A stretch of 64,000 nucleotides of DNA from Escherichia phage naam: the sequence record MN850630.1. The stretch is one strand, 5' to 3'. The position numbers and the translations under genes were made by a program. This document shows, one piece after another, positions 10,275 through 20,500 of this stretch (its first letter is position 1; each line of letters starts with the position of its first letter). The notes beneath the pieces were generated by a model. It saw only the letters and a list, made by a program, of their open reading frames with translations. It had not been told where the DNA came from and made no database searches.

Positions 10275-12346
10275 TGGCAACAGCTATTTTTAAACCTTAC
10301 CGTGATTACTCTACAATGGCTGCACGGTTTCATTACCGCACAGTTCAGGATACTGCCGTTCCTGGTAGGGATTATAATCATGTTGAGGGTGATGTAACTA
10401 TCCCAATTGGGGCAACCAGTATTGAGATCCCAGTGGAAATTGTTGACAAATTACCCAACAGGTTGCCAAGAAGCTTCTTTATGGAGTTTTCATCAAAATC
10501 TCAAGGGGTGATGATTGGAACACAAAGGGCGAAATGTACAATAGTTTCAGATGAGAATCTTGACAGGATATCTTGGGATACTGTCGAGGAGAGAATGTTT
10601 CACCCAAGATATTGGGTTACAACTACCCAGCAGACTGAAAGCACCTGTATTGTTGCAGATAATAACTGTTGTATTAACCGTTTAGTGTCAAGAACATATG
10701 GAGGTATGGCTGGGTGCATTTGGGAAACAGTTGACAAGTATGACCATTTCGGTATTGGGTTTGATGATCATTATGAGATGAGAAATACCAAGCTTTGGTT
10801 CAGAATGTCAATAACCAACGCCAGCAACTTCTCCACTCCTGAAAAGATGATTATGACTGTAGACCTTGTTGATGGCACAATCATCTATGTTCCTTTAGCT
10901 CAATATGCTGTCAGCATCTCAGAGGATAAGAATGTTGCAGAAATTCATATTGATTTCGAGGACTGCGTCGGGATGGACCAGAACAACAATATGATGGGTG
11001 TTGATCCTCGACAGGTGAGAAGGATTTTAATACCGCTTATGCCTAAAGATTGGGTAAGCAATAGCACAAACCCAAGAACGGAAAATGTAGAGTGTGAGTT
11101 GCGCCTAGATCTGCTTCAGCCAGACACAGGCTGGAAAATGATGCAACTTAACAATATTCAGGTGAAAGAACACGACGTTGGGATCTGCACAGCATATGAC
11201 GATATGTGGAACGTGTCTCCTTTAAGGGTGTTGAACAATATCAAGCGTCTGGGCTATACCGGAACCATAAACCATTATGTTGGTATGAGTCATTATTATG
11301 ACTACACATGGTCAGGAACTCAATGGTCTATAAACAGAACAGGAGCGCTAAACGCTGCAGCTTATAAATGGCATGATGATTTTATGTACAATGCCAAACG
11401 ACATAACTTCGACGTTATGCAATCTGTAAGTTTTGAGCTTTTCAGCGATGCCTGCCCGTTGGAATGGACCCAAAGAGACTGGAACGATAACTACGCTAAA
11501 ACAGGGTATACACCTTGTAGCTACCTCCTGTCTCCAACCATTGAAGAGGGTATGAATTTCCTTACTGCAGTATTTAAGAATTTTGCATCAGCCGCTATGA
11601 GAAACAACCTGCCAGTGATTATGCAGGTTGGTGAACCGTGGTGGTGGTACAATACCGATACTCGTAGACCTTGTATTTATGATTACCCTACAAAGCAGGC
11701 GTTTTATGATGAGACAGGTGAGTATGCATTAGATATTGGGACTATTGACGATCCTAAAACTGGCGGTGTTTACGACAAGTATGTAGCATTTTGTCGTGGT
11801 AAGCTTGGCGCTCGTATTGCGGCTATTTCAAAGGCAGTAAAGGCACACGCTGCATCAGCTCAGATGACAGCTTTGCTGTTTTTCCCAACCATTATGGAAA
11901 CCGAGCTTACGCAAAAGCTGAACCTTGCTGACCAATATAAAAAGGAAGCAGGTGCTCTTGATTTCTTCTGCACTGAGTGCTACGATTGGGTGATGCAGGG
12001 AGGTATTGAAAAGGCAAAAGAGTCTGTAAACATACCTATCGTTAAGTTAGGTTGGCAACCGTCTGAAATACAATACCTTGCAGGGTTCGTTCCTAGTAAA
12101 GAGCTTGCTCCGGTATATGGCTACGACCCAACTAGGAATTACCAAGAATTTTTATGGAGATGTATTTGCGGAAACATGGCAACTATAGAGTATAGATACC
12201 CTGAGGTAAAACAGTATGTATGGGCATATCCGCAAGTAATGTCTGACAGCATCACTGTTACCGCTAGAGATTCTACCGTGCTTCATATGGGGCAGGTTGC
12301 TCTGAAAGGGTATGTAGAAGATGTTGTCCCGCCAGACTTCTCATAA
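10274..12346 (+). CDS. Hypothetical large tail-associated protein (possible proximal fibre or tailspike component)
   Basis: 690 aa ORF with RBS aggagg; directly upstream of the side-fibre/Tfa cassette. Confidence 0.55.
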   Translation: MATAIFKPYRDYSTMAARFHYRTVQDTAVPGRDYNHVEGDVTIPIGATSIEIPVEIVDKLPNRLPRSFFMEFSSKSQGVMIGTQRAKCTIVSDENLDRISWDTVEERMFHPRYWVTTTQQTESTCIVADNNCCINRLVSRTYGGMAGCIWETVDKYDHFGIGFDDHYEMRNTKLWFRMSITNASNFSTPEKMIMTVDLVDGTIIYVPLAQYAVSISEDKNVAEIHIDFEDCVGMDQNNNMMGVDPRQVRRILIPLMPKDWVSNSTNPRTENVECELRLDLLQPDTGWKMMQLNNIQVKEHDVGICTAYDDMWNVSPLRVLNNIKRLGYTGTINHYVGMSHYYDYTWSGTQWSINRTGALNAAAYKWHDDFMYNAKRHNFDVMQSVSFELFSDACPLEWTQRDWNDNYAKTGYTPCSYLLSPTIEEGMNFLTAVFKNFASAAMRNNLPVIMQVGEPWWWYNTDTRRPCIYDYPTKQAFYDETGEYALDIGTIDDPKTGGVYDKYVAFCRGKLGARIAAISKAVKAHAASAQMTALLFFPTIMETELTQKLNLADQYKKEAGALDFFCTECYDWVMQGGIEKAKESVNIPIVKLGWQPSEIQYLAGFVPSKELAPVYGYDPTRNYQEFLWRCICGNMATIEYRYPEVKQYVWAYPQVMSDSITVTARDSTVLHMGQVALKGYVEDVVPPDFS

Positions 12347-12358
12347 TCAGGAGATAAA

Positions 12359-13399
12359 ATGTCAAAACCTAGTTTTCCATTAGAGATTTGGGCAGAGGAG
12401 GATCAGGTTCTGCCTAACACCCACAGACAGAACAGGCTACGCCCGATTGATGATTTGTGGAGAAAAGGTTGGGATCTTGGTCAAAAGCCCTCATGTGAAG
12501 AACTTAACTATATTTTCAATATGCTCGGAACTTGGGCAAAATACATTGCTGACGAGCAGATCCCCGCTCAAGAAGGCCGTTATCTGGTACGTGATAATAA
12601 CTTGAGTGATCTTTTGAACATTCCTGTTGCCCGTAGAAACCTTGGGATTATTACTAGGGAAGAGGCAGACGCCAGGTATGTAAAAGTTACAGGTGATACA
12701 ATGACAGGCCCATTGGGTTTGCAACGTATCAACTTTAAAGCTGCCGAGACAGATAAGGCTTGGATAGAGACAACTATTGGCCCAGATAAGACAACTCTCG
12801 ACTTTGGGTTAAGTGATAATACTGGGGCGTTTGATGATGGTGGCACATCTACAATAGATGCGTTTCGTTGGAGATTCCAGCCAACTCAGCCGGATATTAA
12901 TCCGGAGTTCACTTTGATGTACCTTAACGCGATCACGGCTAACCGTGCGCTGTTGAAAGTGGTAGGCAATGTTGAAGTTGTCGATAACATGAGGTGCAAT
13001 AACCTTACTATCAGCAATACCGCAACATTCACCAACTGTAATGTGGCCAGTCAGTTGACGGCTGGGTCAGTATATGTTAATGGTGGTGCAAGTTGTGACA
13101 GTATGGTTGTAAGAAGCCAGCACTGTGTTGTAGGTAACAGAAATGTGGTTCGCTCCGTGAATGGAGTGACGGCTAACGGTAACGGTGATGTAACGATCAC
13201 TATCCCGCAGACAGGTGTGCAAGACATCAGAATCGGTGCAAGACTTGTGGACGGCGTTTCTGAATCTCCAATCCGCAACGGATACGTTGTCACAGGCTGG
13301 CATTTCGGTGACAAAAAAGAGATGCGTGGTTCAACCTACTGGGCAGGACCTTTACAAAAACTTGTAAATGGTCAATGGATCACTGTTAATTATGCATAG
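12359..13399 (+). CDS. Side tail fibre protein (distal, receptor-binding part), copy 1
   Basis: Followed by a Tfa-family gene; paralog of 14414-15457 with conserved N-terminus and C-terminal YWAGPLQKLVNGQWITVNYA. Confidence 0.7.
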   Translation: MSKPSFPLEIWAEEDQVLPNTHRQNRLRPIDDLWRKGWDLGQKPSCEELNYIFNMLGTWAKYIADEQIPAQEGRYLVRDNNLSDLLNIPVARRNLGIITREEADARYVKVTGDTMTGPLGLQRINFKAAETDKAWIETTIGPDKTTLDFGLSDNTGAFDDGGTSTIDAFRWRFQPTQPDINPEFTLMYLNAITANRALLKVVGNVEVVDNMRCNNLTISNTATFTNCNVASQLTAGSVYVNGGASCDSMVVRSQHCVVGNRNVVRSVNGVTANGNGDVTITIPQTGVQDIRIGARLVDGVSESPIRNGYVVTGWHFGDKKEMRGSTYWAGPLQKLVNGQWITVNYA

Positions 13400-13413
13400 A
13401 TCGGAGGACTAGC

Positions 13414-13998
13414 ATGAAAATACTTCAAGAGTTTAAACTTTACCAACCGGGATCTGGCGAATACCACTCCAACAAGGAAACCAAGGAGCTGACCCCTCAA
13501 GAGGTCGAGGATTACACCGCATACACTGGGTATTTTTTACGTAATGATGATGGTGATTGGTATGTGCAGTCACGAACATTACGACAAGAAAATCCAGGGT
13601 GTATTTTCCTACTTGTTGACGAGAAGGGAATTCTTAAGACATCTACAGAAGAACCTGATGCCTTATGGCCTGCTCCAGGTCTTCGTGTGGTTATCGCCAA
13701 AAAAGAAGAGGTACCAGAAAACATTATGCTTCACCACGACGCTTTGCGTTTAGTTGGTGATAAATTTGTCACAGACAATGAATTCTTTGTTCAACAGGCA
13801 GAGGGTGTCATAGAGACAGAACTTGCTTGGGCTACTGCTAGAATTGGTGCCTATCAAGACATGATTGACCTTGAATATGATCTTACTGATGACCAGAAAC
13901 GTAACATCAGAGATTTGAAAATGTACAGGGTAAAACTTCTTGAAATAGATACATCTAAAGCCCCTGACATTTTCTTCCCGGAGCGACCTACCCTCTAA
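13414..13998 (+). CDS. Tail fibre assembly protein (lambda Tfa family)
   Basis: 194 aa; C-terminal YRVKLLEIDTSKAPDIFFP matches the conserved lambda Tfa C-terminus (YRVLLNRVDTSTAPDIEWP) as I recall it. Confidence 0.75.
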   Translation: MKILQEFKLYQPGSGEYHSNKETKELTPQEVEDYTAYTGYFLRNDDGDWYVQSRTLRQENPGCIFLLVDEKGILKTSTEEPDALWPAPGLRVVIAKKEEVPENIMLHHDALRLVGDKFVTDNEFFVQQAEGVIETELAWATARIGAYQDMIDLEYDLTDDQKRNIRDLKMYRVKLLEIDTSKAPDIFFPERPTL

Positions 13999-14009
13999 GA
14001 GGAGGTGTT

Positions 14010-14324
14010 GTGGAGTTGGATTTGGCGGCATTGTACGGTATCTGCATGGGTACCGTTGTCCCGATCTGTGTATGGGCTTTCAACCAGTGGCACACCAAAT
14101 GGAAAGGCATTTCCAAGAGGTTGGATGAGCTGGAGAAAGACCTCATCTTAGTGAAAAACAGTATGGTTACAAAAGATAAACTTGATTCCGTTATAGAGAC
14201 CCGGTTAAGCAAGCTAGAGGCCGATATTAACGACCTTAAGCAGGATGTCAGGACAGATGTCTCCGGCATCAGAGCCGATGTACAAAAGATTTTGCACATG
14301 CTCGTAGAGCATAGTAAAAGGTAA
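14010..14324 (+). CDS. Hypothetical membrane / coiled-coil protein
   Basis: GTG start with RBS aagaggagg; N-terminal hydrophobic segment then coiled coil. Confidence 0.5.
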   Translation: MELDLAALYGICMGTVVPICVWAFNQWHTKWKGISKRLDELEKDLILVKNSMVTKDKLDSVIETRLSKLEADINDLKQDVRTDVSGIRADVQKILHMLVEHSKR

Positions 14325-14333
14325 ACAAAGGTC

Positions 14334-14366
14334 AGAACGGAAAGGACTCCGTTCTTGCATTTTGTT
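14334..14366 (+). terminator. Candidate intrinsic terminator
   Basis: agaacgg-aaaggact-ccgttct hairpin followed by tgcattttgtt. Confidence 0.5.
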
Positions 14367-14413
14367 CCCTAAAGTGTTAAAATAGTCCTAAGGAATTTTC
14401 TCAGGAGAACGTG

Positions 14414-15457
14414 ATGACTAAACCAGTTATCCCTCTTGATATTTGGGCCAATCAGGATGTTGTGCTTGAAAATACGGGAGAGTTGAATAAGTCTCAACCA
14501 AAAAAGGAAGAGAGATTGAAAGGTTGGGATATGACACAAAGAGTGGCATGTGAAGTTGTTAACTTTGAACTTCACATGCTTTCTGCGTGGTTAAAGCATT
14601 TAACAGAAGATGTTGTCCCAGGATGGGATAATAGATTCTTAAGGGTCACTAATAATCTAGCAGACGTTCCAGACAAAGCTGCTGCACGTCAAGTTCTCAA
14701 TGTATACTCGCCTGAAGAAATGGACGATCTGTATGTTGACAAGTCTGGAGACATAATGACTCAGACTCAAACTTTAGGCCTTCAAAGAATCGAGTTTGCA
14801 TCTGCGTCAACAGACAATGCGGCAATATATACCACCATAACTCCAGACAAGACGACGATGGACTTCTGGATTATGGACAACATCGGTGGTGCTGACGGCA
14901 CAGACCTTGATGATCCTTCTCACCAAATAGACGGGTTCCGTTGGAGATTTCAACCTTCTGGTGGGCAGCCTGTGTTTTCGGCTATGAAGCTCAATGCTAT
15001 AACTGCCAACCGTGCAAGACTGGCTATCCAAGGAAATCTTGAATGCAACGATGCAAAAAGTTCCTCTGCAAATGCCAATGCGGTCACGATACCAAGAGCC
15101 ACTGTTAACGGACAACAATCCTGCGGAAGCGCTCAAATAGGTGGAAGAGTTGATTGTAACGATGAAACCGTTAGAGGCCAATATGCAACCGTTGGTGGAA
15201 GAAACGTGGTCCGCAGGGTAAACGGTAACAGCGCAGACGGTAGTGGTAACCTTACTGTCCCTATGCCCAGTAGAGGGGTTGACGATGTAAGGATAGCGAA
15301 CCGTTTCAAAACCACCTACAGAGAGTCAAGAGTCTACCCTGGACATGTGATGTGCTCTGGTAACTACGCTTATAAACACCCTTATCAAGGTGATTACTGG
15401 ACAGGTGCTATCCAAAAACTTGTAAACGGTCAATGGATCACTATATCTTATGCTTAA
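14414..15457 (+). CDS. Side tail fibre protein, copy 2 (paralog, no cognate Tfa immediately downstream)
   Basis: ATG at 14414 with RBS aggaga (track start GTG 14411); paralog of 12359-13399 with diverged central region. Confidence 0.7.
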   Translation: MTKPVIPLDIWANQDVVLENTGELNKSQPKKEERLKGWDMTQRVACEVVNFELHMLSAWLKHLTEDVVPGWDNRFLRVTNNLADVPDKAAARQVLNVYSPEEMDDLYVDKSGDIMTQTQTLGLQRIEFASASTDNAAIYTTITPDKTTMDFWIMDNIGGADGTDLDDPSHQIDGFRWRFQPSGGQPVFSAMKLNAITANRARLAIQGNLECNDAKSSSANANAVTIPRATVNGQQSCGSAQIGGRVDCNDETVRGQYATVGGRNVVRRVNGNSADGSGNLTVPMPSRGVDDVRIANRFKTTYRESRVYPGHVMCSGNYAYKHPYQGDYWTGAIQKLVNGQWITISYA

Positions 15458-15468
15458 AAAGAGGGTAA

Positions 15469-15735
15469 ATGAAACTAACTCAGTTTTTATGGGGACTGGT
15501 TGCGGCATCTGATGACCCTACGAAAGTATCCCAATCTAAGCTATGGTCGAACATAGGCATGGCGGTGATGACTGGGGTGTTTATTCATATGGGGTATAAT
15601 GATACGCTTCCTGAATGGTATGCGTGGATATACGCGCCTTCAGTAGCTTGCCCCCAGCTTATTAGCAAATTCATCTCGCTCCGGTGGGGTTGCCAGCACC
15701 CTGACCACGTTAAAAACGAAGAGCAAAAAGCTTAA
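15469..15735 (+). CDS. Hypothetical small membrane protein
   Basis: 88 aa with one hydrophobic segment; RBS agaggg. Confidence 0.45.
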   Translation: MKLTQFLWGLVAASDDPTKVSQSKLWSNIGMAVMTGVFIHMGYNDTLPEWYAWIYAPSVACPQLISKFISLRWGCQHPDHVKNEEQKA

Positions 15736-15744
15736 GGAGAAATC

Positions 15745-17490
15745 ATGGCGCAAGACATGACAAGCTTTGAGCAGGCGGTAGATCAAGTAATTGTTGATTC
15801 TGAACGTTTGCACCTGATTGTCAACGGTAACGCTGTGGATGAAGTTGTCGTAGAGGATGGGACCACCATCCCTACGGTACGAAAAGCCATGCTTGACACC
15901 CTTTATTTTAAAACGCCACCGATCCCTTGGGCGTATGGTGCATCCACAACAGTTTTTAACCAGCTGTACGAGTTTAAGGGGGACACAGGCCCTCAGTGGT
16001 GGTACGCTCCCGCAGCATCAAAATCTAACCCGGTTAGAATGCCAGCAGATCCTTCACAATCTCCAAACTGGAGATTATATACCGATTCTGCAGTAATGGC
16101 AAAATACTACGCAAAACTTAACAGTCCGAGGTTCGAAGGTGACCCGCGAGTACCTACGCCTCCAATGGACGACAAATCCGAGTCTATAGCAAACACAGAG
16201 TTTGTTGTTGACTATGTGGATAGCATATTTGAAGCCATGGAGGGAATGAAAGTTACTGTAGGGTCTTTGGTGGTAAAAGGTCTTACAGAACTTGCTAACA
16301 CTATAGTTGGTGGCACACTCACCTTACATGGGCCTGTTAATGGAGCAGATTCTACTGCACGCTTCAGGAACCTAATCCTCACGGCAAATACTTCTACACT
16401 TACTTTTGCGTGGAGCGATCCTAAGCATGCAGACTGGAGAAGTACAGAGCTGCAACCTCATGAAGTGTCCACCCACAGGGTTATAGCTGACACTATAACT
16501 TCTGGGAAACCAGTGGCTAATAATAACGATGTGCATTTTGATGGTCTAGGTAATAACTTTTTTGACTACGTGTACATTCGTGGTAATGCCATGAAGGCAG
16601 CAACCGAACCGACATTGCAGGTCGATGGGACCGCCAGGGTTAAGAACCTTGAGGTGACAGGCACCGTTACAGGGATAACCTACTCTGTCGATGGCACCAT
16701 GATCTACCCTAGCTATATTGAAAGCACTGGTGATGCATTAATAAATGGCGATTTAGAGGTTGGTGGGTCTGTAGTTATTCGAGGTACAGCCTCTATCCAA
16801 AACATAGCTCTGAATACCCTGAGAGTCAATGAGCGTGCAACTTTTGAAGGGGAAGGGCTTACAGCCAACAAAGGCATAATTACCGAGCTGACAACAACCA
16901 CTTTAACCGCAACAACTGCAAACTCTGAAAACTGCAACGTTACCAGAAACTTGCAGGTAAATGGGGATGTTAGTTTAAACGCAGCAGGGACTGGCACCAC
17001 CTACCTTCACAACCTTGAAATATCCGGCACAGTGACTGGGTGGCTGCCAGACTTCTCTAATGTCAACTTTGTTTGTAATGGCATTAACTCCAGTGGTAAG
17101 ATAACCACCTCTCAAGAAATTGAGGCGGGTAAAACCATTACTGCCCCTACTTTCCACGCAGGAAAGGTAGATTTTGATTTAGAGGAGGTTGACGCGTCCA
17201 GTGGGACATGGACACCTAACGGGCAGGCCAGCATGTATGTTGTCCACGCGAAAGGGGATTTTACAATAGGGCAATGGCCTGGTACATCAGCGGAAGATAA
17301 ACCTTATCCATTCACTGCAGTTATCTATGTCATTCAGGATGCTGTAGGTCACAACGTGACTTTGCACGATAAGTATGCTATCCTGTCGGCAACACCTGTT
17401 ATTAACAACAAGGCTAACAGTGTTACCTTGCTGCAATTAACGTATTGTGGTGTTGGTGATATTGTAGACGTAGTAATTGCACAACGTTAA
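15745..17490 (+). CDS. Tail fibre / tailspike-like protein
   Basis: 581 aa, Thr/Ser/Gly/Asn-rich repetitive beta-type composition typical of fibres; RBS aaggag. Confidence 0.6.
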   Translation: MAQDMTSFEQAVDQVIVDSERLHLIVNGNAVDEVVVEDGTTIPTVRKAMLDTLYFKTPPIPWAYGASTTVFNQLYEFKGDTGPQWWYAPAASKSNPVRMPADPSQSPNWRLYTDSAVMAKYYAKLNSPRFEGDPRVPTPPMDDKSESIANTEFVVDYVDSIFEAMEGMKVTVGSLVVKGLTELANTIVGGTLTLHGPVNGADSTARFRNLILTANTSTLTFAWSDPKHADWRSTELQPHEVSTHRVIADTITSGKPVANNNDVHFDGLGNNFFDYVYIRGNAMKAATEPTLQVDGTARVKNLEVTGTVTGITYSVDGTMIYPSYIESTGDALINGDLEVGGSVVIRGTASIQNIALNTLRVNERATFEGEGLTANKGIITELTTTTLTATTANSENCNVTRNLQVNGDVSLNAAGTGTTYLHNLEISGTVTGWLPDFSNVNFVCNGINSSGKITTSQEIEAGKTITAPTFHAGKVDFDLEEVDASSGTWTPNGQASMYVVHAKGDFTIGQWPGTSAEDKPYPFTAVIYVIQDAVGHNVTLHDKYAILSATPVINNKANSVTLLQLTYCGVGDIVDVVIAQR

Positions 17491-17499
17491 TATATCTAA

Positions 17500-17526
17500 C
17501 CGCTCCTGACGGGGCGGTTTTCTTAT
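17500..17526 (+). terminator. Rho-independent terminator
   Basis: ccgctcc-tgac-ggggcgg hairpin (one G-U pair) followed by ttttcttat. Confidence 0.65.
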
Positions 17527-17538
17527 CTGGAGAACACA

Positions 17539-20500
17539 ATGCTTCCAATCCCTTTGCTAAAACTTGGTCGTCATTTCCTCGATAAGAGGGGTGGAATTAA
17601 GGAACTTGCTGTTCTGTCATACCCAATAGACAACAGTGATGGTACAAGCAACACAGTATCCTATGTAAATAGCTTAGCTATACTTTTTGATGATGGTCAG
17701 CTTAATATTACTGGCTATAATAGGTTCGGAGAGTGTCGGACTGGAGATCTTGATACAATAAACTATCCTAATGAGGCAGCTTGGAACGTAGACCATGTTT
17801 GGAGAGCTGACCGTGCATTTGTAATCCGCACATTCGATAATAAATTTTTCTATATTGGTTGCACAGCTGGTCTTATCGGATCGGAGGCAGCAGGTGGAAA
17901 CGATGTTTGTGTCAGAGAGTGGACACCTTTGCCGGAACAGATCGTAACAGGGTTGCATTTGGACACCCATCCTGAGAGACTTGTTGAAGTAATGGGTGGC
18001 GTAAACAATACAGTGTGGGTAATTGCTGCACCAGAGGCTGATGGTATGCTTCACCTGTACGGCTCTGGCAATAATACTTACGGCTCTCTTCATGTTGACA
18101 AAAGTCAACACGCTACTCCAGTTAAGATCGGTGAAACATCTGAAAGTCCAGAGACAGGTCCTTGGAAAAATCCAAGAATTAATTGTGAAGTTCATGACAA
18201 CTCGGTTATTTTTGGTGGTCCTAACGGATTCTGGATTGCAGGTTACGATTTCTTAAGAAATAACAGCAAAAACACACTAGTTTATCCAGCCGAGCATGTG
18301 ACTCTTGACCAGTTTAAAGGCATCCCGGTGGGCGAGACATGGAAAGGGTTCATGTGTGGACCTAATGGTGCAATTATAGCCACAGAAAGGATGCACAAAC
18401 CTGATGACCAACAGCTTGTTAATGTGTTTTATGGTCAGGATGTTTGGGGTGACGACACGTGGAGAAGCCTTAACATCACCTATACCCATGAAGTAATTAT
18501 GGCTCGTGGATACGGCACAAGTGGCATTTTCTTCAATAATGGCACCAAACAGTATCGTGGCTTCTCTCGCAATCTGTGCAATGATATTGGTGCACAATCT
18601 GCAAACAACAGTCCTAGGGCTAATTTTATTCACTATCAGGCTCTGGCTACGGCTAAATACGTCGAGCAACGGATGCCAGTAAGCTGGACAGAAAGTGTTT
18701 ATTTCCAGGGTATCCACAGGGAAGGTTTCTTAGGCACATTCTGTGTGGTAAATGGAAAGCTTTGGTGGTCAGGAATACCACGTGGTAGTTTTTCAGGATC
18801 TAATAACCTCTTTGGCGGCAGACTTAACAGCCAAGGGTTCACAGAGATTCCGGAGAATTGGTATAAAAATGTCCCGGTAGATAGCTGGGGTATCGAAGAC
18901 ATCTTTGATGTCAATGGTGTGAGCAATGTTAGCAACATTTACATCGGAGATACTGTCAAGATGAAATTGAAACCTCAGCCGGAGGGTGCTACGTTCATTA
19001 TTGACAAGATTGAGTTGGTAAATGCTGCAGGCACTGTTGTTACAGATGCAAACTATCAGTTCTCCACTAACTGGAACCATGGTGGTGCTAACGAAGTTGT
19101 GGTCACCCAGTATAACCGTAACATCAACAGACGTGGTTTGTATTCTATCAAGATCACCTACCATGACAAGCATGGCACTGGAAGAACCTATACGACAAGG
19201 ACTTTGAACTGGAACACTATAGTTCCTGCGTATCCGTCCAACGGCAAGTGGCATACCGTTGGTAGAAACAAGCAGTTCCATGTTAACGATACTGTATACT
19301 TTGGGCTGAATGGGACCCAGCCTGCAGTAGAAGGGGATACATCGTATATGGTCAGACTCCACAGAATGGATGCTGGATCAGTCACTTATGATGTGACCCA
19401 AGAGATCTACGATCAAAGACGCGCCACGTATGACAATATTGTGAAAACACAAGCCTTGTGGGAGTTCAATCCTAATGGCAAGGGTGGTAAAATGTTGCAG
19501 GTTAATGAGCAGAACGGAACGTCGTTGACTGTTCACGAACACCCAGACCCTTGGCCTGATCCTGGAAAACCTCACCCGGGAGCTCGTACACTGAAAATTG
19601 TCAGCCATGATGCAGGATATTTCGGAATACGCTGGGAAGCTACAGTAAGATATGTCGACGGGACAACAAACAACATAGGGATTACACTTGGCGGCACTAG
19701 TGAAGATAACTCGCTGAAAATTGCCTACACGCCCAGAGGTATCTCTATTGATAATATGGATGTTGTTCGCAATGGTTACGGCGATGTGAATGTCAAAGTT
19801 ACTCTTGGCGAACATCTTGGTGGGGAAAGGATCATCATGTATGCCTTTGATCATGATCCACGCACCAATGGAACTTATGCAAATCAGGCATGGAGTTACC
19901 TGATAAATGCACCTGAGCCGAATACTAAAGAGTTCTACTATGGTATGAAGCGAGATGTGTGCAAGAAAACAGGAACACATGACTGGATTGCTATCTGCGT
20001 TAAAGATGAGCGCACAGCTTGGGATGAACCTGTTAACAGATGGTTCATAGGTATTCCTACCAGAAGTGATAAGTATGTCGCAGAATATATTGTATGCATG
20101 GGTGGTACCAACCTGAACATGTGTTGGAACGAGGATGCAAACAAATACTCTGATTATGACTATATGAGGGATTACTCTTGTAATTTGTGGTTTAACCAAA
20201 CTACAGGTTACCCTCCAAGACAGGCGAGAGTAAACCCTGCAATCTTCACAGACACGCAGGTTTTCTTGACAAAACAGGCCAACGAGGTTCAGACCTTCAA
20301 GAATAAATACGATCCTAACAAGTGGTTCTACAACTGTTACGGCGCATTTTTCTGGGGACCTGGTGAGTTACCTGGTGGGGGATCTTGCTTGAATGAGGCA
20401 ACTTACGCAAGTGACTACATCATGGGGCAGGTCAAGAAGTATAAGATAATCCCCGGTCCTGAGACTTTGGGCAATGCCGTTGACCCTTATATCATCATGA

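Noticed and set aside
19378-20199. 273-aa minus-strand ORF inside the 1878-aa gene
   Set aside because: Antisense to a long uninterrupted coding gene, with no RBS or promoter. The same applies to other antisense or out-of-frame track ORFs within larger genes, for example 2813-3499, 5248-5835, 18793-19362, 46338-46835, 47470-47901 and 53103-53627.
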